Assembly (NCBI GenBank): GCA_963707335.1
Contig: CAVPQD010000028.1
Span: 11,993 to 75,992 of the forward strand
Reading direction: 5' to 3'
Length of the DNA stretch: 64,000 bases
Source of the DNA: an uncultured Thermoleophilia bacterium
Lineage (GTDB): Bacteria > Actinomycetota > Thermoleophilia > UBA2241
Shown piece by piece: positions 15,566-29,158 of the stretch; position 1 is the stretch's first letter; each line of letters begins with the position of its first letter. Made by a program: the position numbers and the translations under genes. The notes beneath the pieces are model-generated. The model was not told the DNA's origin. It did not search any database and was given only the letters and a program-made list of their open reading frames with translations.

Positions 15566-15964
15566 ATGTCAATGACGGATCCCATCGCCGACATGCTCAC
15601 GCGCGTTCGCAACGCGAGCTCTGCGCGGCACAGCACGGTCGAGATCCCGGCCTCCAGGATGAAGGCGGAGATCGCGCGCCTCATGACCGAGCAGGGCTAC
15701 ATCGTCGGGTATCAGCAGAAGAAGGGCGAGCTGGGCGACGTCATCATCGTCGAGCTCAAGTACGGCAAGAACAGGGAGCGGGTCATCTCCGGCATCAAGC
15801 GCGTCTCCAAGCCCGGGCGTCGTATCTACGCCAAGAAGGAGACGCTGCCCAAGGTCCTGGGAGGGCTCGGCACGGCGATCATCTCCACGTCGCGAGGCCT
15901 CGTGACGAGCGCCGAGGCGCAGAAGCTGGGCCTCGGCGGCGAAGTGATCTGCTTCATCTGGTAA
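15566..15964 (+). CDS. rpsH: 30S ribosomal protein S8
   Basis: MSMTDPIADMLTRVRNA... with GGAGG 9 nt upstream. Confidence 0.97.
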   Translation: MSMTDPIADMLTRVRNASSARHSTVEIPASRMKAEIARLMTEQGYIVGYQQKKGELGDVIIVELKYGKNRERVISGIKRVSKPGRRIYAKKETLPKVLGGLGTAIISTSRGLVTSAEAQKLGLGGEVICFIW

Positions 15965-15973
15965 GGACGGCAC

Positions 15974-16507
15974 ATGTCGAGGATCGGAAGAGCCCCAATC
16001 CCGCTGCCCGACGGCGTAGAGTTCAAGTACGACAACGCCGTCGTGACGGTGAAGGGCCCCAAGGGAGAGCTCACCCAGCAGGTGCCCCGCGAGATGCTGG
16101 TCGAGGTCGGAGACGGCGTCATCGAGGTCAAGCGGCCCACCGACAGCGGCCCGCACCGCTCGCTGCACGGGCTCACGCGGACGCTCATCGCCAACATGGT
16201 CACGGGCGTCACCGCCGGCTTCGAGAAGCGCCTGGAGATCGTCGGCGTGGGCTATCGCGCCGGCGTCAAGGGCAAGGACCTCGAGCTGCTCGTGGGCTAC
16301 AGCCACCCTGTGGTCATCGAGCCGCCCGAGCACGTCGAGTTCGAGACGCCCCAGCCCACGGTGGTGCTGGTGCGCGGCATCGACAAGCAGGTCGTGGGCG
16401 AGATCGCCGCCAAGGTGCGCTCCATCCGCCCGCCCGAGCCGTACAAGGGCAAGGGCATCCGGTACGCCGGTGAGTACGTGCAGCGCAAGGTCGGCAAGCG
16501 GGCCTAG
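15974..16507 (+). CDS. rplF: 50S ribosomal protein L6
   Basis: MSRIGRAPIPLPDGVEFKYDNAVVTVKGPKGEL... Confidence 0.97.
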   Translation: MSRIGRAPIPLPDGVEFKYDNAVVTVKGPKGELTQQVPREMLVEVGDGVIEVKRPTDSGPHRSLHGLTRTLIANMVTGVTAGFEKRLEIVGVGYRAGVKGKDLELLVGYSHPVVIEPPEHVEFETPQPTVVLVRGIDKQVVGEIAAKVRSIRPPEPYKGKGIRYAGEYVQRKVGKRA

Positions 16508-16540
16508 CGCGCTGCCTGAGAGAAGAGGATCACGCAGAAG

Positions 16541-16891
16541 ATGAGCCCAACCATCAGAGAAGCGCGAGCGAAGCGCAAGAAGCGGATCCGCGGCCGCATG
16601 ACCGGCACGCCCGAGCGGCCGCGCATCTCGGTGTTCCGCTCGAACAAGGCGATCTACGTGCAGGTCGTCGACGACCTGGACCACCGCACGCTGGCGGCCG
16701 CAAGATCCGCAGAGGTCGACGGCGCCGGCCTGGACAAGTCCGGCGTCGCCAAGAAGGTCGGTGAGCTGCTCGCTCAGCGCGCCAAGGACAAGGGCATCGA
16801 GCAGGTCGTGTTCGACCGCTCCGGCTACCTGTACCACGGGCGCGTCAAGGCTCTCGCCGAAGGCGCCCGTGAGGGTGGCCTGGTTTTCTGA
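16541..16891 (+). CDS. rplR: 50S ribosomal protein L18
   Basis: [20 protein letters not shown]...[24 protein letters not shown]. Confidence 0.97.
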   Translation: MSPTIREARAKRKKRIRGRMTGTPERPRISVFRSNKAIYVQVVDDLDHRTLAAARSAEVDGAGLDKSGVAKKVGELLAQRAKDKGIEQVVFDRSGYLYHGRVKALAEGAREGGLVF

Positions 16892-16909
16892 CAAGGAGAA
16901 TAGGACCCC

Positions 16910-17485
16910 GTGGCTAGAGGATCATTCAACGAGGGCAACGAGCTCAAAGAGCGCGTCGTCGACATCAACCGCGTCGCCAAGGTCGTCAAGGGCGGCCGGC
17001 GGTTCTCGTTCACGGCCCTGGTCGTCGTAGGTGACGAGAACGGCCACGTCGGCGCCGGCTACGGCAAGGCGCGCGAAGTGCCGCTCGCGATCCAGAAGGC
17101 GATCGAGGACGCGAAGAAGAACCTGTTCACCGTGCCGCGCTACAACGGCACGACGACGACGCATCAGGTCATCGGTCGCTACGGCGCGGCCCGCGTGCTG
17201 CTCAAGCCGGCCGCGCCCGGTACCGGCGTCATCGCCGCCGGCGGCGTGCGCGCCGTGCTGGAGCTCGCCGGCGTCCGCGACATCCTCACCAAGTCGCTGG
17301 GGACCACCAACCCCATCAACCTGGTGCGCGCCACCGTGGCGGGCCTGCAGTCACTCAAGACGCCCGAAGGTCAGGCGCGTCTGCGCGGCATCTCGGTGAG
17401 CAAGGTCCTCGGTCTCGACCAGCGCGAAGCGGCCGCCGACGAGACGGTCGGCGCAGCCCCGGCAGCGGAGGCCAAGGAAGCATGA
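16910..17485 (+). CDS. rpsE: 30S ribosomal protein S5
   Basis: [39 protein letters not shown], with a GTG start. Confidence 0.96.
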   Translation: MARGSFNEGNELKERVVDINRVAKVVKGGRRFSFTALVVVGDENGHVGAGYGKAREVPLAIQKAIEDAKKNLFTVPRYNGTTTTHQVIGRYGAARVLLKPAAPGTGVIAAGGVRAVLELAGVRDILTKSLGTTNPINLVRATVAGLQSLKTPEGQARLRGISVSKVLGLDQREAAADETVGAAPAAEAKEA

Positions 17486-17676
17486 CGACGTATCTGGAGA
17501 TCACGCAGATCAAGAGCGCGATCGGCCGGCTCCCGAGCCATCGAGGCACGCTGCGCGCGCTCGGACTCAAGCGCATCCGTCACACCGTGGTGCACGAGGA
17601 CACCCCCGTCATCCGCGGCATGGTGAACAAGGTCGCGTACCTCGTCGAGGTGCGCCCGGCAACGAAGAAGTCGTGA
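17482..17676 (+). CDS. rpmD: 50S ribosomal protein L30
   Basis: 64-aa [31 protein letters not shown]. There is an ATGA overlap with the rpsE stop. Confidence 0.95.
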   Translation: MTTYLEITQIKSAIGRLPSHRGTLRALGLKRIRHTVVHEDTPVIRGMVNKVAYLVEVRPATKKS

Positions 17677-17677
17677 C

Positions 17678-18154
17678 ATGGCTGAACTAGGTCTGCACAA
17701 CCTGCGGCCCAACCCGGGCTCCACGAAGAACACCAAGCGCCTCGGCCGCGGCAAGGGCACGGGCCAGGGCAAGACGGCCGGCAAGGGCCACAAGGGCTAC
17801 AACGCGCGCTCCGGCGGCGGCGTCCGTCCGGGCTACGAGGGCGGCCAGATGCCGCTGTACATGCGGCTCGGCAAGCTGCGCGGGCCGCACATGAAGAAGA
17901 GCATGCCGATCGGCCCGTTCCGCACCTACGCGGTGCCGGTCAACGTGGGTCGTCTGGCCGCGGCGTTCGCCGCGGGCGACGAGGTCACGCCCGAAGCCTT
18001 GGTGGAGAAGCGCATCGTGAAGAACACGCGCACCCCCATCAAGATCCTGGGCGGCGGCGACATCAGCGTGGCGCTCACCGTGCGCGCCGCGATGTTCTCA
18101 AAGAGCGCCATCGCCAAGATCGAGGCCGCCGGCGGCAAGGCCGAGCTGCTCTAG
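17678..18154 (+). CDS. rplO: 50S ribosomal protein L15
   Basis: LHNLRPNPGSTKNTKRLGRGKGTGQGKTAGKGHKG... Confidence 0.97.
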   Translation: MAELGLHNLRPNPGSTKNTKRLGRGKGTGQGKTAGKGHKGYNARSGGGVRPGYEGGQMPLYMRLGKLRGPHMKKSMPIGPFRTYAVPVNVGRLAAAFAAGDEVTPEALVEKRIVKNTRTPIKILGGGDISVALTVRAAMFSKSAIAKIEAAGGKAELL

Positions 18155-18176
18155 CAGTCCCAGGGGGAACTGAGCT

Positions 18177-20891
<2,715 letters not shown>

Positions 20892-21008
20892 CGGGCGCCG
20901 CCGCTGGGAGGTCGCGGCTCGGCCGCCGCACCGCACAGACGGCTTGCTTTGTCGGCAAAGCAGTCTGTGGTAGTATGTCAGGCCGCTGTCTGTCGACGAG
21001 TAGGGAGC

Positions 21009-21230
21009 ATGGCGAACAAAGAAGAAGCCATCGAGATCGAGGGCGAGGTAGTCGAAGCGCTGCCCAATACGATGTTCCGGGTGCACCTCGACAACAACCA
21101 CGAGGTCCTCGCTCACATCTCGGGCAAGATGCGCATGAACTACATCCGCATCCTGCCCGGCGACAGGGTCAAGGTCGAGCTGTCGCCCTACGACCTCAGC
21201 AGAGGCAGGATCACGTATCGGTTCAAGTAG
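21009..21230 (+). CDS. infA: Translation initiation factor IF-1
   Basis: [76 protein letters not shown] 21009 is preceded by GGGAG. The track start at 20949 is an upstream extension. Confidence 0.97.
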   Translation: MANKEEAIEIEGEVVEALPNTMFRVHLDNNHEVLAHISGKMRMNYIRILPGDRVKVELSPYDLSRGRITYRFK

Positions 21231-21303
21231 CGGCCGCAGCGGTCGCCCGGAGGTCGCGCGCGGAACGCCCTACGGCGTCCGCGCGCTCGAGCGAGGATCA
21301 CCG

Positions 21304-21417
21304 ATGAAGGTAAGAGCATCAGTCAAGCCGATGTGCGAGAAGTGCAAGGTCATCCGCCGTCACGGCACGGTCCAGGTGATCTGCTCCAATCCGCGGCATC
21401 GTCAGAGGCAGGGGTAA
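21304..21417 (+). CDS. rpmJ: 50S ribosomal protein L36 (zinc form, 37 aa)
   Basis: Not in the ORF track because it is under 60 aa. My translation is [37 protein letters not shown]. It sits in the canonical slot between infA and rpsM. Confidence 0.95.
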   Translation: MKVRASVKPMCEKCKVIRRHGTVQVICSNPRHRQRQG

Positions 21418-21424
21418 GGTCCAG

Positions 21425-21796
21425 ATGGCACGTATCGCCGGCGTCAACATCCCGCCGCAGAAGCGGGTCGAGATCGGTCTCACGTACATCTACGGCATCG
21501 GCCGGTCCACGTCCAACAAGGTCCTCGCCGTCGTGGGCATCGACCCGAACACCAAGGTGCGAGACCTCACCGAGGAAGAGATCGTGCGCCTGCGCGAGGC
21601 CATCGACCGCGACGCCACGGTCGAGGGCGACCTGCGCCGCGAGCGCTCGCAGAACATCAAGCGCCTCATGGACATCGGCTGTTACAGAGGCATCCGCCAC
21701 CGCCGCGGGATGCCGGTGAACGGCCAGCGCACGCGCACCAACGCGCGCTCGCGTAAGGGTCCCAAGAAGACGGTCGGCGGCAAGCGCAAGAAGTGA
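21425..21796 (+). CDS. rpsM: 30S ribosomal protein S13
   Basis: [30 protein letters not shown]... Confidence 0.98.
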   Translation: MARIAGVNIPPQKRVEIGLTYIYGIGRSTSNKVLAVVGIDPNTKVRDLTEEEIVRLREAIDRDATVEGDLRRERSQNIKRLMDIGCYRGIRHRRGMPVNGQRTRTNARSRKGPKKTVGGKRKK

Positions 21797-21824
21797 CCGC
21801 AGAGCAGCCGGAGGAGTAGAGAGA

Positions 21825-22223
21825 GTGGCCAAGCCTCAGAGAGCCAAAGGGCGCCAGCGGCGCAAGGTGCGCAAGAACATCGCCGTCGGACAGGCTCACA
21901 TCAAGACGTCGTTCAACAACACGCTTGTGACGCTCACCGACAAAGAGGGTAACGTCCTTGCTTGGGAGAGCGCCGGGTCCGTGGGCTTCAAGGGTTCGCG
22001 CAAGAGCACGCCCTTCGCCGCCCAGGTCACGGCCGAGTCCTGTGCCAAGAAAGGCATGGAGCACGGTCTGCAGAAAGTGGAGGTCTTCGTGCGCGGTCCG
22101 GGATCGGGCCGCGAGACCGCCGTACGTTCCCTTCAGGCCGCCGGCCTCGAGGTCATCAGTGTCAAAGACGTGACGCCGGTGCCGCACAACGGCTGCCGTC
22201 CGCGTAAGCGTCGCCGGGTCTAG
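21825..22223 (+). CDS. rpsK: 30S ribosomal protein S11
   Basis: [46 protein letters not shown], with a GTG start. Confidence 0.97.
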   Translation: MAKPQRAKGRQRRKVRKNIAVGQAHIKTSFNNTLVTLTDKEGNVLAWESAGSVGFKGSRKSTPFAAQVTAESCAKKGMEHGLQKVEVFVRGPGSGRETAVRSLQAAGLEVISVKDVTPVPHNGCRPRKRRRV

Positions 22224-22233
22224 GAAGGTCCAC

Positions 22234-22854
22234 GTGGCGAGAGATACGTCCCCACAGTGCAAGCAGTGTCGTCGCGAGGGCGAGAAGCTCTTCCTCAAGG
22301 GCGAGCGCTGCCTCACCGACAAGTGCGCCGTCGAGCGCCGCAGCTACCCGCCGGGTGAGCACGGCCGCGGCCGCGTGAAGCAGTCCGAGTACCTCCTGCA
22401 GCTGCGCGAGAAGCAGAAGGCGCGCCGCTACTACCAGGTGCTCGAGAAGCAGTTCCACCGCTACTACGAGGTGGCCAGCCGCAAGCAGGGCATCACAGGC
22501 GAGAACCTGCTGCGCCTCCTCGAGATGAGACTCGACAACGTCGTGTACCGCCTCGGCTTCGGCGCCTCGCGCCGCCAGGCACGCCAGCTCGTCCGCCACG
22601 CTCACTTCCTCGTGAACGGCAGGAAGGTCGACATCCCTTCGTATCAGGTCCGTCCTGACGACGTCATCTCGGTGCGCTCCAACAGCAAGGCCGTCGAGAC
22701 GGTGCGGGACGCCACGGACCTCACGTCGTCCGTGGTGCCATGGCTGCTGGCCGACCACGACAACCTCACGGGCAAGGTCCTGCGTGCCCCCGAGCGCGAC
22801 GAGATCGACGCGCCGGTGCAGGAACAGCTCATCGTCGAGCTCTACTCCAAGTAA
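22234..22854 (+). CDS. rpsD: 30S ribosomal protein S4
   Basis: N-terminal [23 protein letters not shown] and an S4 RNA-binding domain ([11 protein letters not shown]). GTG start. Confidence 0.97.
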   Translation: MARDTSPQCKQCRREGEKLFLKGERCLTDKCAVERRSYPPGEHGRGRVKQSEYLLQLREKQKARRYYQVLEKQFHRYYEVASRKQGITGENLLRLLEMRLDNVVYRLGFGASRRQARQLVRHAHFLVNGRKVDIPSYQVRPDDVISVRSNSKAVETVRDATDLTSSVVPWLLADHDNLTGKVLRAPERDEIDAPVQEQLIVELYSK

Positions 22855-22896
22855 CCGCTGCAGCTGACCCGCGGCGAAGACCTTACAGGAGGCCAG

Positions 22897-23844
22897 TTGC
22901 TACAGTTTCAGATGCCTAACATCACGCGTGAGCAGCTCGCCGTCAATCGCGCGCGCTTCGAGGTCGAGCCTCTCGACCGCGGCTTTGGGCACACCTTCGG
23001 CAACGCGCTCCGCCGCGTGTTGCTGTCGTCGCTCGAAGGCGCGGCCGTCAGCTCGGTGAAGATCGAGGGCGTGGCGCACGAGTTCACCACCATCAAGGGT
23101 GTGAAGGAGGACGTCACCGACGTCATCCTCAACCTCAAGGAACTCGTGTGCCGGTTGCACGGTGAGCTGGACGAGGTGCAGGTCAGGCTCTACAAGGACA
23201 AGCCGGGCAAGGTCGTGGCGGCCGACATCGACATTCCCGCCGAGCTCGAGATCCTCAACCCGGACCATCATATCGCGACGCTGTCGGACGGCGGCGCGAT
23301 CGAGATGATGCTCACCATCCGCCGCGGCACGGGCTACGTGCCGGCGGAGGGCAACAAGACGCCCGAGACCGTCATCGGCGTCATCCCGATCGATTCCATC
23401 TTCAGCCCCATCAAGCGGGTCTCCTATCACGTGGAGAGCGCGCGTGTGGGCCAGCGCACCGACTACGACAAGCTCATCCTCGACATCACGACCAACGGCG
23501 CGCTCATGCCCGAAGAGGCGCTGCGCCAGGCGGCCGAGATCCTCGTGGACCGCATGTCGATCTTCACCGACCCGGACCGTACGCGCTCCACGGACGAGTA
23601 CCCCATCGAGGGTCTCGCCGCGGCGCCGGCGGGCGGCGGCATGGACGACGTGCTCATCGAGGAGCTTGAACTCGGCGTCCGTTCGTACAACTGCCTCAAG
23701 CGTGAGGGCATCCAGACCGTCGGCGACCTCGTGTCCAAGAGCGAGGCCGAACTGCTCAACATCCCGAACTTCGGCAAGAAGAGCATCGACGAGGTCAAGG
23801 AGAAGCTCGGCACGCGCGGGCTCGCTCTGCGGGGTGACGAGTAA
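22897..23844 (+). CDS. rpoA: DNA-directed RNA polymerase subunit alpha
   Basis: [31 protein letters not shown], and C-terminal domain [26 protein letters not shown] 22897 lies 4 nt after GGAGG, so the start is slightly uncertain. Confidence 0.95.
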   Translation: MLQFQMPNITREQLAVNRARFEVEPLDRGFGHTFGNALRRVLLSSLEGAAVSSVKIEGVAHEFTTIKGVKEDVTDVILNLKELVCRLHGELDEVQVRLYKDKPGKVVAADIDIPAELEILNPDHHIATLSDGGAIEMMLTIRRGTGYVPAEGNKTPETVIGVIPIDSIFSPIKRVSYHVESARVGQRTDYDKLILDITTNGALMPEEALRQAAEILVDRMSIFTDPDRTRSTDEYPIEGLAAAPAGGGMDDVLIEELELGVRSYNCLKREGIQTVGDLVSKSEAELLNIPNFGKKSIDEVKEKLGTRGLALRGDE

Positions 23845-23845
23845 C

Positions 23846-24196
23846 ATGCGCCATCAGAAGTCAGGCCGCAAGTTCAACATGGCGCCGGACCAGCGCAAGG
23901 CGCTGCTCTCCGGCCTCGCCTGCCAGCTTCTCGAGCACGAGAAGATCAAGACGGGCGAAGCCCGCGCCAAGGAAGTGCGCGGTGTCGTGGAGGAGGCCAT
24001 CACGCTCGGCAAGCGCGGCGATCTGCACGCGCGCCGTCAGGCGATCTCCATGCTGCGCAACAAGAAGATCGTGTACAAGCTGTTCAACGACGTGGCCCCG
24101 CGCTACGGCGAGCGCAACGGCGGCTACACACGCATCGTCAAGCTCGGCCCGCGCCAGGGCGACGGCTCCGAGCAGGTGTACATCGAGCTGGTCTAG
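23846..24196 (+). CDS. rplQ: 50S ribosomal protein L17
   Basis: [21 protein letters not shown]...[25 protein letters not shown]. The ATG is 1 nt after the rpoA TAA. The track ORF start at 23444 is an upstream extension. Confidence 0.97.
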   Translation: MRHQKSGRKFNMAPDQRKALLSGLACQLLEHEKIKTGEARAKEVRGVVEEAITLGKRGDLHARRQAISMLRNKKIVYKLFNDVAPRYGERNGGYTRIVKLGPRQGDGSEQVYIELV

Positions 24197-24221
24197 CACG
24201 GCGGGCCGCTCGGAAGATCGC

Positions 24222-24264
24222 GGCGCGAGGGGCGGGTGGCCTGTGGCCACCCGCCCCTCGCGCC
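24222..24264 (+). terminator. Strong hairpin terminating the alpha operon
   Basis: ggcgcgaggggcgggtggcc-tgt-ggccacccgcccctcgcgcc is a perfect 20-bp stem, 25 nt after the rplQ stop. Confidence 0.75.
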
Positions 24265-24454
24265 GTTGAGCAGCCGGTGAGCAGGGCCGCGCCGGCCGGC
24301 GGGACGCCGCCCAGTGCGGCCGCGAGGCCGAGCCCGGTCGGAGGACGGAGGGGTACGACGCTCCGCGAGCGAGCGCGCCTGCGCTGCACGGCGCCGGTGG
24401 CCTGGCCGCGGCCGCGGCGCGGTGTCGCGGCCGGTGCGGTAAGCTTCCCGCGGT

Positions 24455-25309
24455 ATGCCCTCGCCCGCGATCACATCCGCTGAGCCGCTGATCGAGCTGT
24501 CCGGCGTGCACTTCCGCTACGGGGGCGCGCGCGCCGACGCGCTGGCCGACCTCGACCTGGTCGTGCACGAGGGCGAGTTCGTGGCCGTCGTCGGCGCCAA
24601 CGGCTCGGGCAAGTCGACGCTGGCGCGGCTGCTCGGAGGCCTGGACAAGCCGGCCGCCGGACGGCGCGCCCGCGCCTGCGGTCACGACCTGCTGCGGCCC
24701 GAAGGCCGCCTCTCGGCGCGCCGCGACGTGGGCGTCCTCTTCCAGAACCCGGAGAACCAGCTGGTCGCCGAGGATGTGGAGGACGACATCGCCTTCGGCC
24801 TCGAGAACCTCGCCTGGCCGGCGGAGCAGATCCAGGCGCGCGTGGAGGAGATGCTCGAGCGGTTCGCGCTCACCGCGCTGCGCAAGCGCGAGCCTCATCT
24901 GCTGTCGGGCGGCCAGAAGCAGCGCACCGCCCTGGCCGGCGTGCTCGCCGTGCCACGTCGCGTCCTCGTCCTCGACGAGCCCACGGCCATGCTCGACCCG
25001 GCCGGCCGCGGCGAGGTGCTGGCGGCGATCACCGGTCTGCGCGCGGAGGGCCTCACCGTCGTCTTCATCACCCAGGAGATGGATGAGGTGGTCGGCGCCG
25101 ACCGGGTGGTGGCGCTGGAGCGCGGCGCCGAGGTCTACGCCGGCGAGCCGGCCGGCCTGTTCGCCGATGTGGACGCGGTGCGCCGGCTCGGCCTGGGCCT
25201 GCCGGCGCCCGGCGAGCTGGCGCTCGCTCTGGCGGCGGCCGGGCGTCCGCTGCCCCGTGTGCCCCTGGAGGTGGACGACCTCGTGAGGCTCCTGGAGGGA
25301 GCCCGATGA
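24455..25309 (+). CDS. ecfA1: ECF transporter ATPase component A1
   Basis: Walker A GANGSGKST, Q-loop VLFQNPENQL, signature LSGGQKQRTALAGVLA and Walker B VLVLDEP. It sits after rplQ as in Firmicutes and Actinobacteria. Confidence 0.9.
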   Translation: MPSPAITSAEPLIELSGVHFRYGGARADALADLDLVVHEGEFVAVVGANGSGKSTLARLLGGLDKPAAGRRARACGHDLLRPEGRLSARRDVGVLFQNPENQLVAEDVEDDIAFGLENLAWPAEQIQARVEEMLERFALTALRKREPHLLSGGQKQRTALAGVLAVPRRVLVLDEPTAMLDPAGRGEVLAAITGLRAEGLTVVFITQEMDEVVGADRVVALERGAEVYAGEPAGLFADVDAVRRLGLGLPAPGELALALAAAGRPLPRVPLEVDDLVRLLEGAR

Positions 25310-26200
25310 GCGCCTCCGACCCGCCGGCGGGCGCGGCGCCGCCGGCCGGCGAGGCGCCCGACCCGCGTATGCCGGCGCCCGGCATGGCGGTCGCGTGCCG
25401 GCACGTGTCCTTCAGCTACGCCGAGGGGGACACGGCGATGCCCGCCCTGCGCGACGTCGGCTTCGAGCTCGCGCCGGGCGGCTCCCTCGCCCTGCTCGGA
25501 CCGTCCGGCGCCGGCAAGTCGACGCTGCTCCAGGTCGTGCGCGGCCTGCTGAGCGCCGAGGCCGGCGAGGTGGTCCTGGACGGCGTCGGCGCGGCGGCCG
25601 CCGCGTATGCCGCAGCTGCAGCGCCAGGTGGGGATCGTCTTCCAGTCGCCCGAGCTGCAGCTGTTCGCCTCGAGCGCGCGTGAGGACGTGGCCTTCGGAC
25701 CGCGCCGGCTGGGGTGGAGCGATGGCGACGTGGCCACCGCCGTGAGCGCGGCGCTGGAGCTCGTCGGGCTGCCGGAAGAGGAGTACGGCGATCGGCACCC
25801 GTACACGCTCTCGGGGGGCGAGCAGCGGCGCCTGGCGCTGGCCGGCGTGCTGGCCATGCGGCCGCGCCTGCTGCTGCTGGACGAGCCCTTCGTCAGTCTT
25901 GACCCCGCGACGCGCCGGCAGCTCGCCGCGATCCTCGCCCGTCTCAGGCGAAGCGGCGTCTCGATGGTGCTGGCCACCCACGACGTGGATCTCGCCTGGG
26001 CGCTGTGCGACGAGCGCCTGCTGCTCGCGGACGGCGGGGTGCTGGCCCACGACGCCTGGGACTTTCAGGCGGAGGGCGGCGACCTCATGGAGCGCAACCG
26101 GCTGCGCGAGCCGTTCCTGGTGCAGCTGTGGCGCCGCCTCGGCCGGGATCCGCGGCTGGCGCCGCGCACGTACGCCGAGGCGGCGGAGGAGCTGGCGTGA
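25306..26200 (+). pseudogene. ecfA2: ECF transporter ATPase component A2, reading frame interrupted once in this sequence
   Basis: Frame 1 carries Walker A GPSGAGKSTLL. The protein continues in frame 2 from about 25607 (VGIVFQSPELQLF, LSGGEQRRLALAGVLA, LLLLDEP). The break is at about 25590-25607. There is an ATGA overlap with ecfA1. Confidence 0.85.
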
Positions 26201-27012
26201 GGGCGGCCGTCGCCCAGTACTACCCCGGACGGTCGCCCCTGCACCGGCTGGACCCGCGCGCCAAGTTCGTGGCGGTCACGGCGATGGCCATCGCCCTGTT
26301 CGTGCGCGACTCCTTCCTGTCGCTCGCGGTACTGGGTGCCGCCGCGGCGATCGCCTACGCCATGAGCGGCGTGCCCGTGGCGTGGTTCTGGCGCGCTTTC
26401 CGCCCGATGCTCTGGCTTGTGGGGCTCACCTTCGTCGCCCAGATGATCGTCGCGCCGGGCACGCCGTTCTTCAGCTTCTGGTTCATCAACCTGTCGTGGC
26501 AGGGCATCGAGCTCGCCGCGTTTCTCAGCCTGCGTCTCGTGGTGCTGGTGCTCATCGGCTCGGTGCTCACGCTCACGACGCCGCCTATCGCCCTCACCGA
26601 CGGCCTGACGTGGCTGGGTCGCCCGCTGCGTCGCCTGCGCGTGCCTACGGACGAGCTGGCGCTCATGGTCACGATCGCGCTGCGCTTCATCCCCACGCTG
26701 CTCGTGGAGGTCGACACGATCATGCGGGCGCAGCAGGCGCGCGGCGCCGATTTCCGCAGCGGCGGTCTGGTGACGCGCGCCAGGGCGCTCGTGCCGGTGC
26801 TGGTACCTCTGTTCGTGCTCAGCTTCCGGCGCGCCGACGACCTGGCCCTCGCGATGGAGGCGCGCTGCTACACGCCGGGCGTGGCGCGTACGCGCCTGCA
26901 CCCGCTGCGGGCGCGCCCCGCCGATGCCGTCTTCCTGAGCGCCACGGCGGCCGTCATCGTTCGTCGCCCTGGTCCTGTAGGATGCCGGCGTGAACGCGCG
27001 CGACGGGTGTGA
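26197..27012 (+). CDS. ecfT: ECF transporter transmembrane component T
   Basis: (V)[23 protein letters not shown]... is the typical EcfT/CbiQ N-terminus, with multiple TM segments and the ARG..F motif ([10 protein letters not shown]). There is a GTGA overlap with the ecfA2 stop. Confidence 0.88.
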   Translation: MRAAVAQYYPGRSPLHRLDPRAKFVAVTAMAIALFVRDSFLSLAVLGAAAAIAYAMSGVPVAWFWRAFRPMLWLVGLTFVAQMIVAPGTPFFSFWFINLSWQGIELAAFLSLRLVVLVLIGSVLTLTTPPIALTDGLTWLGRPLRRLRVPTDELALMVTIALRFIPTLLVEVDTIMRAQQARGADFRSGGLVTRARALVPVLVPLFVLSFRRADDLALAMEARCYTPGVARTRLHPLRARPADAVFLSATAAVIVRRPGPVGCRRERARRV

Positions 27013-27759
27013 GGCCGAGGGGCAGCGGGTCTGGCGGCTGGACCTGGCCTACGAGGGCACGGCCTTCAGGGGCTGGGCGAAGCAGCCGGGCCAGCGCACC
27101 GTCGAGGGCGTGGTGGAGGAGGCCCTGGCCGTGGCGCTCCGCGCAGCCGTGCGGCTCAGCGTCGCCGGCCGCACCGACGCCGGCGTCCATGCCCGCAGCC
27201 CAGGTCGCCTCGTTCGCCTGGGACGGCGACCTGCAGGCCGACCGGCTGCGGCACTCACTCAACGCACTGCTGCCGCCCGACGTCGGCGTCACCGCCGTGC
27301 GGCCCGCCCCGCCGGGCTTCGTCGCCCGGGAGGCCGTCGCCCGCACCTATCGCTATCGGCTGTGGGCGTCACCCGCAAAGCCCGTTCTGGAGCGGGCCTT
27401 CGTCTGGAACGTGCGCGGCGAGGTGGACGTCGGAGCGCCTGCGAGCCGCCGCGGCGCTGCTTCCGGGGCGGCGTGACTTCGCCGCGCTGACGCCGTCCGC
27501 GCACCTCTATCACTCCTGTGTGCGCGAGGTGCGCGCCGCGTCCTGGCTGCCGGCGCCCGAGCCGGAGCTCGTGTTCGAGATCACGGCGGGCAGCTTCCTG
27601 CACAACATGGTGCGCGTCGCCGTGGGGTCGATGGTGGATGTGGCGCAGGGCCGCATGAGCCTCGATGCGTTCTCGGCCGGCCTGGAGGGCGGCCGCCGCG
27701 CGCGTATGGGTCAGACGGCGCCGGCCCGCGGGCTCATCCTGGCCGGCGTGGAGTACTGA
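26990..27759 (+). pseudogene. truA: tRNA pseudouridine(38-40) synthase TruA, frame interrupted twice
   Basis: [18 protein letters not shown]...GRTDAGVHA is in the 26990 frame. It continues as [10 protein letters not shown]...TYRYRLW in the 27009 frame (break at about 27190-27197). It then continues as [19 protein letters not shown]...GSFLHNMVR in the 27520 frame (break at about 27430). Confidence 0.88.
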
Positions 27760-27762
27760 GGC

Positions 27763-28713
27763 CTACTCGCCGAGGAAGCGGTGGATCATCTTCTGCCGCT
27801 CCGCTTCCGACGGCGGCAGCACGTAGGCGACGCCGCCGATGTAGGCCGGCTCGCCCACCATCACCTGCTTGGCGCCGCCCTTGGCGCGCCACTTGAGGAA
27901 GGCAAGCTCGATGATCTGGTTGGTGGTGAGGTCGGTGGTGACGCCGCTCATGAAGCGCTTGCCGATCTCGGGGATCTTCGTGATGTTCGACGGCTGCGCG
28001 ATCTTCTTCTGCAGCGCCTGCAGGAACTGCTGCTGCCGCTTGGCCCGCATGAAGTCGCTGTCCGCCTTGCGGATGCGCACGTACAGCATGGCGTTCTTGC
28101 CGTCGAAGTGGTGCCGGCCCTTCTCGAACGTCACGACCCGGCCGCTGGAGCCCGCCGTCGTGGAGATGGTCTTCGGGACGTAGAGGTCGACGCCGCCGAC
28201 GGCGTTGACGAGCCGCGGGAACCCCTTGAAGTTCACGATCATGATGTGGTTGATGGGGATCCCCAGGAACTCCTTCACCGTCTTGATGGCCAGCTGCGGG
28301 CCGTGGCCGTTGAGCTGGCCCCAGAACATGGCCTCGTTGATCTTGTCCGCGCCGCGACCGGGGATGTCCACGCGCGTGTCACGGGGGATGGACAGCTGGT
28401 TGATGGTGCGCTTGCCGGGGTCGAAGCGCATCAGCATGATCGTGTCCGAGCGGGCGGGCTCGCCGGCCTTGCTGTCCACGCCGAGCAGCAGGATGGTGGT
28501 GGGCTTGCGCACGATCCAGCCGGCGTCCGGCGTGAGCTCGGCCCGGGCGCCGTTGCCGAGCCGGTTGTTGGCCTTGGTGACGGCGCGATCGAGGGTCTGG
28601 TAGCCGGGCCACGCCAGCACCGTGGCGACGACCGCGGCGATGACGAGCAAGCAGCAGCAGTGCGACCGGCACGTGCCACCAGCGGAAGCGCCGGCGCTTG
28701 CCGCGCGCGGCAC
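27763..28713 (-). CDS. LytR-CpsA-Psr (LCP) family cell-envelope phosphotransferase
   Basis: A TM helix is followed by TILLLGVDSKAGEPARSDTIMLMRFDP...INQLSIPRDT...NHIMIVNFKGF. A better-looking start (MPDDDNQGRKPYKTYKAG, ATG 28997 after GGGAGA) lies upstream in another frame; see findings. Confidence 0.85.
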   Translation of the reverse strand: MPRAASAGASAGGTCRSHCCCLLVIAAVVATVLAWPGYQTLDRAVTKANNRLGNGARAELTPDAGWIVRKPTTILLLGVDSKAGEPARSDTIMLMRFDPGKRTINQLSIPRDTRVDIPGRGADKINEAMFWGQLNGHGPQLAIKTVKEFLGIPINHIMIVNFKGFPRLVNAVGGVDLYVPKTISTTAGSSGRVVTFEKGRHHFDGKNAMLYVRIRKADSDFMRAKRQQQFLQALQKKIAQPSNITKIPEIGKRFMSGVTTDLTTNQIIELAFLKWRAKGGAKQVMVGEPAYIGGVAYVLPPSEAERQKMIHRFLGE

Positions 28714-29158
28714 TGCCCGCGGGCGCGGCCCCGGCGCCTGCCTGGCGCCGCGTCCGTTCTGGGCGGCCGCGCTCTCGTAGCGGCTGTAGCGGCCGTTGCC
28801 TCCCGGCGACGTCGCGACGGGTGGAGTCCGCCGTCGGCGCCGCCGGGCCGCGTCTGGGGTGAGGGGCTCGAGGGGCGCGTCTGGCGCTGTCGCGCCGGCC
28901 GCGCCCCGGCGAGCTCCTCGTCGACGGCGCTGCGCCGGGCGCGGCCGGCCTTGTAGGTCTTGTAGGGCTTGCGGCCCTGGTTGTCGTCGTCGGGCATGTG
29001 GTCTCCCGGTCGCTTACGCCGCGACCCAGGCGCGAGGTGGACGGGCGGGGGCGCCGCGTGCGCAGACAAGCCCTAGCTACGCCTTGCGGCGGGGGAATCC
29101 TCCAGGAGTGTACCACCATGGTAAGCTCGCCTGCGTGAAGCACCGTGAACATACCGTC

